Origin: Vermamoeba vermiformis
Taxonomy: Eukaryota
DNA length: 64,000 bases
NCBI GenBank assembly: GCA_045837725.1
Contig: JBEWZL010000239.1
Span: 682,001 to 746,000, forward strand
Direction of reading: 5' to 3'
The notes under the pieces are model-generated. The model was not told the DNA's origin and made no database searches. It was given only the letters and a program-made list of their open reading frames with translations. Positions 26,201-39,242 of the stretch are shown one piece after another. Each line of letters starts with the position of its first letter. Within the stretch, counting starts at the first letter, position 1. The translations under genes were made by a program, and so were the position numbers.

Positions 26201-28415
26201 ATTTTGACGATTCTTGGACTTGGTTTTACGGCGCTTAATTACGGGATCCTACTCTAATTAGCACGAGGTACGCTAGACTTTATCGAACGCTTTTAACTTA
26301 CTGCGGTGTGTTTCTCGTAAGCTTGGTCAAGCACGACCAACCATCCTTTGCCGTACTCTTTTTTATACCCAAGAATTTCATCACGATACTTCACAAGGTC
26401 TGGGTCTTCAGTGCTGAACATACTCGGCGACGTGGCGACATCTCCTTCTGATTTAGCCTGTCCTGTATCAGTACTAGGCACAGGTAATGCAACAGGCAAC
26501 GGTGCAGTAGAGGCCAAATCTTTTTGACCTTTTCGTTCGGCCTCTGGTGTTTTAACAGGACTTATTGTTTCAATATTAGGTGTTCTCTTAACCTTAGCCT
26601 AACAACATTATTAGATAACTGCATGATTTTTACACGCGACGTACTCTCTTGCGAGGAGCAGGCGCAGGTGCATCACTGGCGTTTGAAGGGCGGCTTTGAG
26701 GAGGGACATTGTTGACATTAATATTGTTCATGCTTGTGCTCGGAGATATTTGGCTTTTGCCAGCAGGAGCTGGTTTGTTGTCTGGTTCTGATTTCGTCGT
26801 AATTGATATCTGCGGGCGAACGGGTTGAGCTCTGTAGTGCGACATTAGTATTCGAAAACTCTGCTTGAAATCACACGTACCTAAAATCAATCGCTTTATC
26901 TGCGAGCTGTTTCTTCATCCACGACAACTCTGAACTTGTAATAGGCTTGCCGTCCAGTACGAACGACTACAAAAAAAGTTAGGTTAGTTACTCAGTGACA
27001 ATATATATTTAACGTACCTCTGACAAGAAATAAAGCAGCGTTTGTTTTCTATAGATTTCTAGGTAACTGATGGGATTGCCTTGCAACCACAACTGTGACA
27101 ACAAGGGTAACTTTCGAATGCGCTTGACTTCTTGCATCGAGCTCAAGACGTTGTCACTCAAATCGAGTTTTTCAAGGCCCATTAATTTCTGTCAAAGATT
27201 AGTACCGCATTCAAAGTGTCAATTCCTCGTGGTATCTTACCTCGAGGCCCTCAGTTGACTTCAAACCGTTGCCTTTCAAAATGAGTACTTTGAGATTGCC
27301 CAAGATCTCGCCGGTGTTCTCTACGCTAGTAATCTTATTTACACTCAAATTCAGGATCTCGAGCGAATAACAAAACTGCAAGTTCTCGATGCGTTCGATC
27401 GAGTTGTAGCTCAGATCTATTCGCTTGACACCACTCAAATGCACCTACAAACTCGTGTTAACTTTGTACTTCGCCGTTACATCCCCCGTATAGCGTACTT
27501 ACCAATGACTCGTCAATAACAGAGATCTTGTTGTGACCGCAATCAAGGTCCTTCAGCTTGGTCCAGTGTTCGCTGTCGTCCTTAATGTCTTCATCAACAT
27601 CAATCTGTAACAGCTCTGCCAATGAAGATATGGACTCGCGCACAATTATCCGCTCGATTTGATTGCTCAATTGACGCTTATTTACAATGCACTTTGGCGA
27701 TATTCGAATAAGCTAGAACAATTCGTTAGCTACCAGGACCATTAAAACTAAACTTGACGACGTACCTCGAGTGTATTAAGTGCTTTAAATAATATAAACT
27801 CAAGCTCTGCTTTATCTTCCAATCCCTCCTGCTTGGCTGGATCAACCTTTTGAAAAATTAGATACTAATTGACGATAGGCATTATAACATTAATTACCCG
27901 TAGGAACCTGACAATCTCTAAGAAATACTTCAAATCCAATACTTCATTATGATTAAGGGGCTGTTTTTTCATGTTCGGAAGTGCACGAGTCAAAGCTAAT
28001 TTATGTTAGACTCACAAGACAGTAATAAGATTCCAATACCTTTTCCTGTGGCACTCAAACGAGTGGTTAAAAATTTGACGCAAGCGGGATTAAGTGTGAG
28101 CTTGAATGTTCCTTGCGTGAGCTCTTTTTCTGTTAATTAAATGAGGGTTAATTAAACCTCCAAAAATTGCCAAAAAATAGACATAACATGTATCAGTAAT
28201 AATTACGCATAGGTTATTTAGATTACACGATAAACAAATTAATCAAAATTTGTAGCGCGCCAAACACGCAATAAAATTTCAGATCTATTCGCTGTTTATG
28301 CTTATTTGTATACAGATAAACTTCCAATTGTCGTATTGGACGTAGGTAACGTACCATGCTTATTTAAATAATCAAGCAGTATACGTAGAAAATCTTCGCC
28401 GTCTACGCTCTGCAT
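23273..28415 (-). CDS. STK11IP: STK11-interacting protein / nischarin-like LRR protein, many exons
   Basis: N-terminus LLDYLNKH..LTQGTFKLTL; SDS22-type LRRs (IDLSYNSIERIENL, LNLSVNKI, LWLQGNPI); Ser-rich middle; CxxC...CPKCGS zinc ribbon; PH-like C-terminal segments. Confidence 0.7.
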
Positions 28416-28737
28416 TGTGTCTCGTTCGTTAAGTACAGCTCTATCTTTATAAATATATAATACTGGTATTAATTATACATCTTATTTTGTTGGTTGTTGT
28501 TCGTTCTCGTAATTATGCTCTGAATGACAAGAACGGAAAATTCGAAAAACAGATCAAATTGTGCCTCCAGCAGCTTGAGTCTGCCAATAAACTTGAATGA
28601 CCGGTAGCCGACAATATTACAAAAGCTTGCTAATTCAGTTCGTAAAAGTTAATTTGTAAGCACACGTCACCGTCCAATAAATTTTGGCTGTTGTTTTGGC
28701 TTTTTTATTACCAAACCGCGAACAATCGGCAACAACA

Positions 28738-30850
28738 ATGGTGACCAAGTATAAGTGGGTCCTCTTTGTTGCATGTTTATTGTCATGCTCTCTATTGAGC
28801 AGCGGGTTCCTTTTATGCTCCCGATTCGAGGCGGTGTCAGCAGATTGGACAATAATCTCAGGCAATTTTACGCAGCAATTCCCATCCATGCCGAAAGTTG
28901 CATTGGAAGTTAGATGTGATTTATCAGCTGGAATATGTTCCCCACTTGGCAAAGGATCAGTATTAATGGTCGATGGCGAGGAGCAGTCTAAATATTATCC
29001 GGAGAAGCCAACCCGCGATTTTAGTGCTGTACACACGCACAGACAGATCACTTATTATGATATGTTCTCATATTGGGTCTCAGTAGCCTCTGCAGACTTT
29101 TCAGAACTTATTAGAGTAGATGCATCTATCTGGTTTTCCCAAACTCCCTTTGAGCCGGAGAACCAATTATTACCCTCAAATTTACAAATGGTAGAAGAAG
29201 GTAAGCCGCGACTAATTATTTAAATTAACGGATAATTTTTGAATTTATTACACGTTGTAGATCCGGCGTAATTGTAAATTTATTAATTGAACGGAAACAC
29301 CACTTATTATTACTATTACGCAATTGCACGTTAAATAATGTTTCGAAATAATTTCATTCTTTGTTACTCAACGTCTAATTTTTTTTTGCAGCGGTTACTG
29401 CTGTCCTACACTTCTCTTACGAAAAACGAGGTGATATTCCTGTCATTGCCGTTAGTAACTGTAAGTACAGAGCATATTCGTGGTTAAACACATTCGGGTT
29501 CTAAATTTTTGATCGATCAGTAAATCTAAATCGATTGAGTGATTGCGAGTCGAATGTAACCTGGTGGAAGCCTAAAATGCATGTACCCGTCGAAGAAGAG
29601 ACGAGAATGCTTTTAGAACTCGATCAACCTACGGATGGCAAAGCTGGAGGCAACCCTGATCCCAGCCTTCGCACGTACCAATCAACCATCTCACCGCACA
29701 ATTCATCGACCCCTGTGCCCGAGTGCGAGACAGGTTACTATGGCCCGACATGTGGCTGCACCGTTGTGCCGCGCATTAGATGCGTTGAAGATCTCGGTCA
29801 AGACAAGAACGGAGTGTTTCGTTATCGCTCTCACTTTGCTTGGAACTTTGCGTAAGTTTGTAACGATAATCACAGTTGCGAATGGTAATTAATACGGTGC
29901 TTAGTTGCCTGGATAAAGCCGAGCCACCAGAGAAGATCACTATCGGGGTGGATTCGCTCAACTGGTATGTCTTGCTTCACCTTCGGCAATTATATAAGAC
30001 TTGCCTACATAACGTAGTTTGATAATAAATTAACACAATGTTATCACCTAGGTTCTGGCCAGGTGAAGAAGATCGCGGACAACCTACATCCTTCAACGCA
30101 TCAAAGCAAGGCGAAGAGTTCACCGTGGAGTGGAGCGGGGAGGTGCTGTACTGGACCCTGGGCATCACTAGCACCGAGAACCAGTTCCATCAATTGTGCA
30201 AGCCTGTGAAGCCAAAGCCCGACAGGTGCGCACGTGACGGATTCAGCTTTTTTTTCTTGATCTGACCCAACTTTTGCAGAGCTTCAACTTTGCTCACTGA
30301 ACTTGAGTTACGCGAGTGGTACAAAGAGATCTTTATGGACAAAATCACCTGGCTGACCGTCTCGACGCACCACACGAACGAGTTTTTCAGTACTAAGGAC
30401 AGCTCGTTGTCATTTTTCCTCGATAACCAAGGCGTACCTTGCTCTAATTTTGATGTAAGTTCTCTAACCTATCTTTAGTAATATATTTATTAATCTCCTC
30501 TCGTTTAGGTTGTGATTGAAAGCGCGACACCTTTCTGCGCGCGAGTAGAGCGTGAGGGCCTCGTGACATCCAAGAAGAAGAGTGAGCGATGCACTGAACA
30601 GCCGAATGAATTTGGTCTATACTCGCGCACGTTTTTATATGATCTTTCGAGACTACCTTACATGCCTGATTGGTAAGCAAAGAGAGATCCAAATGTTCCC
30701 GCCAAAAAATTAAACCAAACATTTAGGGCTTTGACCGTTAAACGAGAACAACCAGGCCTTATCGGTGTAAGCCTCAAGTGCTCTGATGCCGCCACTATGT
30801 TCTCGATGTCATTCGCGTTGTTGATTGTTCTCTGGGCGATTTGGCTGTAA
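28738..30850 (+). CDS. Secreted, probably GPI-anchored surface protein with an EGF-like Cys motif
   Basis: Hydrophobic N-terminus; CETGYYGPTCGC; RCVEDL...DRGQPTSF module; hydrophobic C-terminus SDAATMFSMSFALLIVLWAIWL; about 7 GT-AG introns. Confidence 0.65.
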
Positions 30851-31094
30851 GATCAAGTAATTAATTAGTGCAATTAATTCTTTCTGCTGTTAATTAATAC
30901 TCACCATAATGTAAATAACATCAACTCGAATAAATCATCAATATTTGGGCGATTAAAATGGTATCCGTATACGAAAACTAAATTTTGAGACCGCTTTTGA
31001 AGATCTACCTCAAATTTCAATAAGGTCAATTTTGAGGCCTAAATATGGTGCCTACATCAAGATATCCTACTACTAATCATTACATCGCCCGACG

Positions 31095-32128
31095 ATGTTA
31101 GGTATTAAAAGACAAACCTTCGCAACCACAGCTCTATTAAATACAATGACCACAAGTATCGCAAAAAAATTTGTTCGCGCGTCACTTGCCACTGCTTCGG
31201 CGTTACGGTTCGGCCTTGGAACAAAAGTGATGCCAGGCATGGACACCTTCAGAAGGCCTGAGAAAATGCTGGAGATGTATCAGAAAGAAGCCTGTCCCTT
31301 TAGCAGGTACGGCATTGAGGTATTGCATTCCTAGCCATTAACATTTTGCTCAGAAAAGCTCGAGAGGTCATGACAATGTTGGATCTAGACTGCAAGATCT
31401 ACCCCTGCCCCATTAACGGAAGCAGATATCGACCAGTCCTGGAGAAGCTTGGTGGCCGCCAACAAGTTCCATATTTGGTGGTACGTATCATCATTTACGC
31501 AATTTTTGGGAAGATAGAATTCTTATTTGCTCGACGTCAGGATCCCAACACCGGCGTGCAAATGTATGAGTCATCGCATATTGTTCGATATTTGCTCTAC
31601 GCCTACGGACCTGGGTCTGAGAAGTTGCCATATCTTTTGAGCGAAACAAGATTGAGGTAAGCCACGAGCAACCAACACAACACAGATCCACCACGTACCA
31701 TTGCTATTATTCCAGTACCTTCGTCTCGCGGCTATCAACAATAGCAAGATTTGCGCCATCACGTGGACTGTTCCGTGTTCCGTCAGAGCCACCCTCCAAA
31801 GCAGTACATTATTGGGGCTTCGAGGCGGATGTAGGCTCTAGATACGTCCGTGAGGCGCTCGATTCATCAGAAGTGCCCTACGTTGTACATAACGTTGCAA
31901 AAGGTAACATTGCGTTGCAATACTGTCGACTTTCTGACTTTACCAACCTTAGGATCCCCAAAACGACTTGAATTGAAGAAGCGTTTTGGGCACGTAATGT
32001 TACCGATACTAGAGGATGAAAATACAAACACCGTGCTATGTGGCGGAGAGAAGATCGTCGAATACCTTTACAAGACCTACTGCCTTGATAATGATTTAAT
32101 CGAGGTGAAGCAAGCAGCGATCGAGTAG
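31095..32128 (+). CDS. Tandem GST N-terminal (thioredoxin-fold) domain protein (2GST_N-like)
   Basis: LEMYQKEACPFSRKAREVMTMLDLD...GGRQQVPYLVDPNTGVQMYESSHIVRYL, then a second unit SRYVREALD...LPILEDENT...IVEYLYKTY. Confidence 0.85.
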
Positions 32129-32592
32129 CTAATCTGCAAGAAAGAATTGTAGTGAAATTAATAATGGTCTCGGCCACGAGATTGTTACACATAATCAACC
32201 AGTTCTAGCTCCAGTTCTGGCAACTGTGTGGATCAAATGTTTCTCGTGGATCGACTTTTAGGCAAGATTTCGGTATTTGTGTCGTCAGAAAGCACGGAGT
32301 ATATTCAATATCGAAGAAAAAACGGAGGTAACTACCCAAAACCACCGAGAAGATACAGCGATAAACTAAACACGCAGTAAATTAACTGAAATTTCAGGAT
32401 GTTATTTTCAGCCAAGTCGAATCACACCGTTTACACGAGTTTTCTCTGAGAGTTATGCTAAATCAAGCGCAGTTGATTAGAACGCAGGAGTATAAAATAA
32501 TGCGCGAATAATTTAACCATTCATTCAAGCAAATCAAAGAAGAACAACAAACAAGAACCAACGCTTAATTGTCTCTACAGCGTTCAACAAAA

Positions 32593-34184
32593 ATGGTCTC
32601 AAAATACACTACTACGGCAGTAGTCTTAGGACTGCTAGTTCAATTCATCGCCGCTCAGACTTCTACCTGGGCAATCAACAACAGACAGATCACCAAGGAC
32701 GGTGAAGTCTTTTTGGTCAAGGGTGTCAACTACGCCCCTCTTCCTCCTGGCGCTATTGTTACTGAAAAGACGCAATGGGGTGACTTGTTTCACTCTGAGT
32801 GGTCGCACTTGCACGATCGCGACCTTCCTCTCATGCGCGAAGCTGGTGTCAACGCGATCCGTATTTACCAGCTCCAATTGAAGGACCCTATCACTAAGGT
32901 TGATTTGTAAGTGTTTCATCTTAATTTTATGGCAGATCTGAACCAAAATTTTAGTTCAGTGAAATTCTGTTTTGCCTCGATTACCTTTTAAAGCAATTAA
33001 ATTAACTTATCTCGCCATTCAGGGATCACAAGTCATTCTTTGACAAGTTGTACAACAATGGCAACAACCCAATCTACGTGATGATCACTTACGCCATTGG
33101 CAACGGATTCTCTTACTTGGGTCCCTTCGATACTCAACCTACTGAAGGCGATTCATGGCAAAGTGACGGCAAGTGGTACCAAATCGATCAATCCAAGGAA
33201 ACCGACAACGCTCTTCAACGAGAGATCGACTCCAACATTGTCGCTGAAATTGCTCAAGAATACGGTTCTCACCCTGCTGTCATGGGCTTCGTCATTGGTA
33301 ACGAACAAAACAACGCTCAGACTCGTGGTAACTGCAAGTTCTGGGCATGGATCGACAGCATTGCCGCTCGTGTCAAGCAAAACGCTCCCACCAAATTGAC
33401 CTCCACTACCATCGTCGACGACGACTTCGTCACCGTTAAGGCCGCTCAACAATGCAACGTTTTGTCTCACTTGGACCTCTGGGGCATCAACGCTTATCGT
33501 GGCAGAGTCGACACTGGCTTCGACAAGTTGTTCGACGACTTCGCTGCCAATGCTCCTCAAGGTCTTTTGATCACTGAGTTCGGCTGCCCTGCTAGCACCC
33601 GCGACGGCAACGGCAACTTCATTATGATGCCCGACAACTCCAAGTCTCAAGGTGACTACATGAAGGTTCACTGGGACGACATTGTTGCCCACAACACTAT
33701 CTGCTCTGGTGGCTTCGCTTTCAGCTGGGTCGACGAGTGGTGGAAGCTCAACTCTGAGGACGTTCAAGACGGCCACGACACTCAAAACGGTGCTTTCCCT
33801 GGTGGTTACGCCGACGAAGAATCCTACGGTATCATCGCCTTGAACGTTGATTGCAGCAAGATGGCTGACTGGGCCACTCGTGTCGATCAGCCTTTGCCTC
33901 GCGCCGTCTACTTCATTATGGGTCAAATGTTCGGTGCTTGGTCTGACATGCCCTCGCAAGCCTTGCAACCCATCAACTACCCTCGCTGCAACGGTCAATG
34001 GGTTGGTGTTGAGAACGGTCCCAATGCTGCCACCCCTGTTGCCCCTCAAGAGCCCGTCACCTCTGTGCCCATCTCCACCGGCACTCCTATCACTGGCACT
34101 AACAACAACCAAAACAGCTCTGCCACTGGTGTTGTCGCCAGCGTTGCTGTTGTAGCTCTTTCTCTCATCGCTCTCGTATTCTAA
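32593..34184 (+). CDS. Clan GH-A glycoside hydrolase (GH2/GH158-like, putative beta-1,3-glucanase), signal peptide plus GPI-type tail; paralog 1
   Basis: VKGVNYAP, RDLPLMREAGVNAIRIY, IGNE (acid/base), WGINAY, LITEFG (nucleophile), GGFAFSWVDEWWK; Pro/Thr linker and hydrophobic C-terminus; one intron at about 32907-33022. Confidence 0.85.
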
Positions 34185-34714
34185 GCTGAATTACGCGAAA
34201 AATAACAAGAAAAATTGTATATAGCAACAAATAAATACCATAAATACTTATTTATTAAAGATGCTTCTGTTTATGCATTTTATTTCATTGAAACGGTCGC
34301 AATGGTGCACAACAGCGGAAAATCCATTTATTTCACTATTTGGACCAGTATTAAATTGAAATGCTAGTGTTGAATCGTTTAATTGAATTAGTAGAATTCA
34401 GAAGAAAAAACTTGCAAGCCCAAAAAGCCGCTACTCGGATGCAGATGCTCTCCTTGCTGCTCTCCAAAATAACAACTTGGTGTTGCAAAAATATTCCGGC
34501 GCAAACGTATAACAGTGATAAGTTTCTAAGACTATATATCCTGGACCTGTTTACCAGTAATAATACTACATCTTTTCCCAGTGGACACTCAGGTACCCGA
34601 GAACACAAAATTTCTATTTTTTTGTGTTATTAATTAATTTCAGGGCAAAAAGGTTGTCATTCTTTTCTGAAACACTGATCAAGACATCCGAAGCCCGGAA
34701 AAAAAAGAAGATTA

Positions 34715-35611
34715 ATGCAAGAGCCACTCCCCAAAGATATTCTGGACCTTATTCTATTAGAGGGTCCGTTAGATTGGCTTTTTGTAAACAAGCATTTCCA
34801 CGACCTAGCATTCAAACGGCTACTTACAGACGACAGAGTGGATCCATCTATCAACGACAATCACGCTATTAAAAATGCCGCTGCTCAAGGACACTATGAA
34901 GTGGTGAAGCTGCTATCAACCGACTCACGTGTTAATTGTTCTGAGGCATTATATTACGCTTGCGAAAAAGGTTATGCCGAAATTGCAAAGTTATTGCTTC
35001 CTCTGTCCGAGTTAGATGAAGAAGAAATCACTGGCATCGTCGAAAACGCGGCACAAGACAATAAGGCTGACATTATGGCGCTCTTAATGGCTGACAAACA
35101 TTGGGACCCTGAAGTTTACGGCAAAACAGCTCTTGAAGTGGCAGTCTGTAACAACGCTTATGATACTATTGAGGTATTATTAACGGACTCCGACATTGAA
35201 ACTGATGAAGCACTATATGAAGCCTGTGAGAAACAGGATGCCGTTCTAATCAAACTGCTTCTAGCTGCCCCGCAGTGCAGATTGTCGGACGAATTATGGC
35301 ATTCAGTCGCTGGGAATATTGCAATCGCTAAACTCCTGTTGCAAGACCCTAGAATCGATCCCTTTGTTACTGGGTCGGCCAATCTGCTTGCTGGCGCAGC
35401 AGAGAAAGGAGATTTAGAACTTGTCGAGCTTATTCTCGCCAACAAACACTTCGACCCCAAAAAAGAACATTGTCAACAGATTGTGCACGAAGCAATTACG
35501 GTAGCAAAGCGAAAACAAAATGATGACATTGTTCAAGCTCTGTCGCAATACTCTCAGAGTGCAGGTTCCTCATCGACACCATCGAAAGAGTACAAGTGCA
35601 TTATTTGCTGA
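34715..35611 (+). CDS. Ankyrin-repeat protein with an N-terminal F-box-like motif
   Basis: LPKDILDLIL..PLDWLFVNKHF; repeats AIKNAAAQGHYEVVKLL, ALYYACEKGYAEIAKLLL; DxRVDP linkers; single 298-aa ORF. Confidence 0.85.
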   Translation: MQEPLPKDILDLILLEGPLDWLFVNKHFHDLAFKRLLTDDRVDPSINDNHAIKNAAAQGHYEVVKLLSTDSRVNCSEALYYACEKGYAEIAKLLLPLSELDEEEITGIVENAAQDNKADIMALLMADKHWDPEVYGKTALEVAVCNNAYDTIEVLLTDSDIETDEALYEACEKQDAVLIKLLLAAPQCRLSDELWHSVAGNIAIAKLLLQDPRIDPFVTGSANLLAGAAEKGDLELVELILANKHFDPKKEHCQQIVHEAITVAKRKQNDDIVQALSQYSQSAGSSSTPSKEYKCIIC

Positions 35612-36236
35612 TCTATCCCGATGTTCGTGAACCAGGAGGAAATAAATAGAAAATTATTTTTCATTTTCATCACAAGCGTAAATTATTACAAGCGATACAA
35701 TTATTGCTTGACCATTCCCATGTACCACCAGCACCAGTCCTGGATTGGACAATAGTAACGACAACTCAAGTCGTGTGCAGATTAACTGTCCGAAACTGTT
35801 CAACAGCTTCTGATGCAGTAGAAATGCAATTAATGTCGCAAATAATTACTGGGGCTATTTTTATTTGTTTGCAAAAGGATTTCAACAGGTAGAATATCTA
35901 GATAAATTCGATCTAGCTTCGTGCTGAAATTCTTTGTTTAATATAGTTACGACGAGTACAATCGGATAAAATAGCGACAGAAAGAACAGAAGGCATGTCG
36001 AATCACTTTTATCCGAGTTCTCAACGTATTTTCGGGATCGTCTACCTTGATCCGCCTGTCACTTTGTCAAAAATGGTCATCCCAACGGTAATTTCCGTGA
36101 ATATTGCAACGAGTGTTTTCGTGTAACGACTTTCACAGAGATTCGTTAATGAAGCACGTGGTGAGTCCTCCATAAAAGCGACACGTTGGTGCAACCCCAT
36201 TCATTAACTAATCGTTGGCTAGCAGATCACACAGCC

Positions 36237-37938
36237 ATGAAGGCAACATTATTATTTGTAACGCTCAGTGCGTTATGCCTAGCAATTTATTGTCAATCAA
36301 ACTGGTCCAAGAGCGGCCGACAGATCTTGCTCAACAATCAGCCCTTCACTGTTAAGGGTGTTAATTATGCTCCTATTCCTCCTGGCATTGCGCCTGATGC
36401 AGTCACACAATGGGGTGATGTATTTCATGCTGATTGGGCGCATTTACACGACCGCGACATTCCCTTAATGCGTGCTGCTGGTGTCAACTCGATCCGTATT
36501 TACCAGCTGCAACTAACTTATGCAAATAGCGAAACTGAGTTGTAAGTACTTATAGAAATTTCTTAAGATAGCGATTGCAGTTTGCTAAAGATTTTAATTT
36601 TAGGGATCACACGTCTTTCTTGGACAAGCTTTACAACAACGGAGACCGTCCTATTTATTTAATGATTACCGTTTCTATGCCTGCAAACTTTGATTACATT
36701 GAAGGTGGTGCCACAAGACCGAGCGGGTATGAATACTGTTTCCAAACTGCACCTCCAGAGGTAAGTGAAAGATTAAATATTTAAACTTTGCATTAAATAT
36801 CTTGAAATAGAACAAATGGTGGTGCGTCGATGATGCGAAAGAGCCAGCCAACTCACTCGCTCGACAAGCCAATCTCGAGCACATGCAAGCTGTGGCCCAA
36901 AAGTACGGCAATCACCCCGCTCTGATGGGCTTCGTTGTCGGCAATGAAAACAACAACGCCGTGACGCGCGAGAACTGCAAGTACTGGCAGTGGGTGGACG
37001 ACGTCTCCAAGGCCATCAAACAAGTGGCTCCCAACAAGCTCACTTCCACGACGGTGGTCGATGACTCGATGATGACACCCACCGCCGCGCAAAAGTGCAA
37101 TCCCATGCCCAACTTGGACGTGTGGGGCATCAACTCGTACCGCGGCAACACGCAGAACGGCTTCGACAACTTGTTCGACACGTACAGCGCCATCAGCACC
37201 AAGCCGCTGTTGATCACCGAGTTTGGCTGCCCTGGCACCACACATGCAGCGGACCACGAGATTGTGAACATGCCGCAGAACTCGAAGGGCCAGGCTGACT
37301 ACTTTACCGCGCACTGGAATGACATCGTGGCACACGCGAGCAAGTGCTCTGGTGGCTACGTGTTCCAATGGATTGACGAGTGGTGGAAGGGCGGCTATTG
37401 GGAGGAAATGAACCCGTCACTCTCCGCACCCAATCCTGGCTTCCCTGGTGGCTGGGGTGACGAGGAAGGTTTTGGTCTGTTGGCCGTGATGCCCGACTGC
37501 ACCCAGATCACCGAGTACGCTACTCGCGTTGACGCTGTCGAGCCTCGTGCTGCGTACTACGTCATGGGCCAATTGTTCGGCGGCTTCAACACGTTGCCCG
37601 CTGAGACCTACACTGACTTCGCGCTTGTCAAGTGCCGCAAGGACTTCGATCCCAATCCTCCTGTGCCACCTCCACCACCACCATCGCCCGCCACTGAGCC
37701 TCAAGCCCCTGCTCCTGTTGGCAGCACACCTACTGACCCCAACACACCCGTCACGAGCACGCCTGACACACCAGTGGCTGTCACTCCTATCGGTGGTGAA
37801 ACACCTGTTGCAGCGCCCAACACCATCGTGGTGCCTGTGTCCATCTCTGTCCCTCAGTTCCCGAGCAGAGTTGAGTCTGCTGGCAGCGTGTTGGCACCGC
37901 TGTCAATTTTGTTCTTCGCTTTGGCGTTGATTTTGTAA
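36237..37938 (+). CDS. Clan GH-A glycoside hydrolase (GH2/GH158-like), signal peptide plus GPI-type tail; paralog 2
   Basis: Same motifs as paralog 1 (VKGVNYAP, VGNE, LITEFG, WIDEWWK) and same first-intron position; extra intron at about 36760-36810; poly-Pro/Thr linker. Confidence 0.85.
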
Positions 37939-38003
37939 TTTTCTTGCACTTAACAACTGTTAAGTTGTATGTAAATACTTTATTTATATTCCACTCCCAG
38001 CGG

Positions 38004-38964
38004 CTATTTGAAGCTCAACTTTTCGATGATTTCTTCGTCTTCAGTTTGTTTTGCGTTGTAAATGTACCAAGCCCGTTCAGAAGCAGGCAACTCTTTCACA
38101 TCGATCTTTTTGAGCACACATTTGATCACATTTACGTCCTGCGAGTTCAGTGCCCACATCAACAAGGTGTGCTTGGTGATAGACCCGAGCATGTGACTCT
38201 CCAACAGTTCTTCGACCAGCGGCACCTTCTTGTATTGGATCGCTGCGGGCATAAGTGTGTCGTAATAGTAGAATTCTCTCTAAGATATTAGATAAGTATT
38301 ATGATCTTTTATCTACTTACTCGTCGAAATAGGCCGTAAACTTCGCTGTCGCCGCTCCGAACTGCGGCTCTTAAAATGTCCGTATAATTATACGTAGACT
38401 CGGTTGGCACCGTATCGTTCATTAGCTTGAATATGTAGCGCACCATCTCTTTGTTGTAGCTATTATCGTACCGTGCGAGATAAGCGAAAGCTGATGAATC
38501 CACTATTAAATGTTGCTGCTCGTCCATTTGGCAGAAACCAAGACGTAGCAATTGACGAAACATTTCAAATCGGTTCAACCTGATGGCAGTACGATAAGCA
38601 TCATATATCTCTTCATTGTCTTTGTATTTGTCCCAATCAATGAGGTCGAACAACTCTTTTCGATCGAACTCGACTATGGCAGGTAACGACTTTGCGACGT
38701 CGACGCGAGGATCGTTGATGAGCATTTTGAATGTTTTTGATAGCCCCAAGTTTGCTGCTTTCTTAATGGGTTCATTATCATTTTTGTTTGGGATGACACG
38801 CGAATCTGTCAACAAAAGTTCGCTAGATAGCTGAGAGAATATTTTTGATACATAAATCCAATCAAGTGGAATTAATGGCAATAAATGGTGCTGAATAATA
38901 TCCAACGGCAAACTGAGAAATATTAAATCGGTGATTATTAGTAAGATATAATTTCCTACCTCAT
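38004..38964 (-). CDS. Ankyrin-repeat protein with an N-terminal F-box-like motif, paralog of 34715-35611; 3 exons
   Basis: ATGAG|gt micro-exon spliced to LPLDIIQHHLLPLIPLDWIYVSKIF...LLTDSRVIPNKNDNEPIKKAANLG...NDPRVD. Confidence 0.75.
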
Positions 38965-39242
38965 TACGATGAGTTATTTTCGCGATCGTTTATTGTTGTG
39001 TTAGAGTTGCAAAATCTAAAACAAGATGGAAGGAACTAATAACGAACGTTTCGCATTCGTGTCCCGTGTTCGTCTCATTATCAAATAATATGCTGAACGC
39101 TGTTTGATTATTAGGTTTTCTGAGTTGGCTAATGCTACTCATTTATGCAACAAGAAAATAGTTTTGGCGCGGATCTTTGATGTTCGCAACGTTTTTGCTT
39201 GGACTAACCACTTGTTTTATTACAAAAGGTGAAGGTAGTACC

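Noticed and set aside
33153-34112. 319-aa minus-strand ORF (also 36853-37368)
   Set aside because: Antisense shadow of the strongly codon-biased glycosidase genes; no motifs of its own
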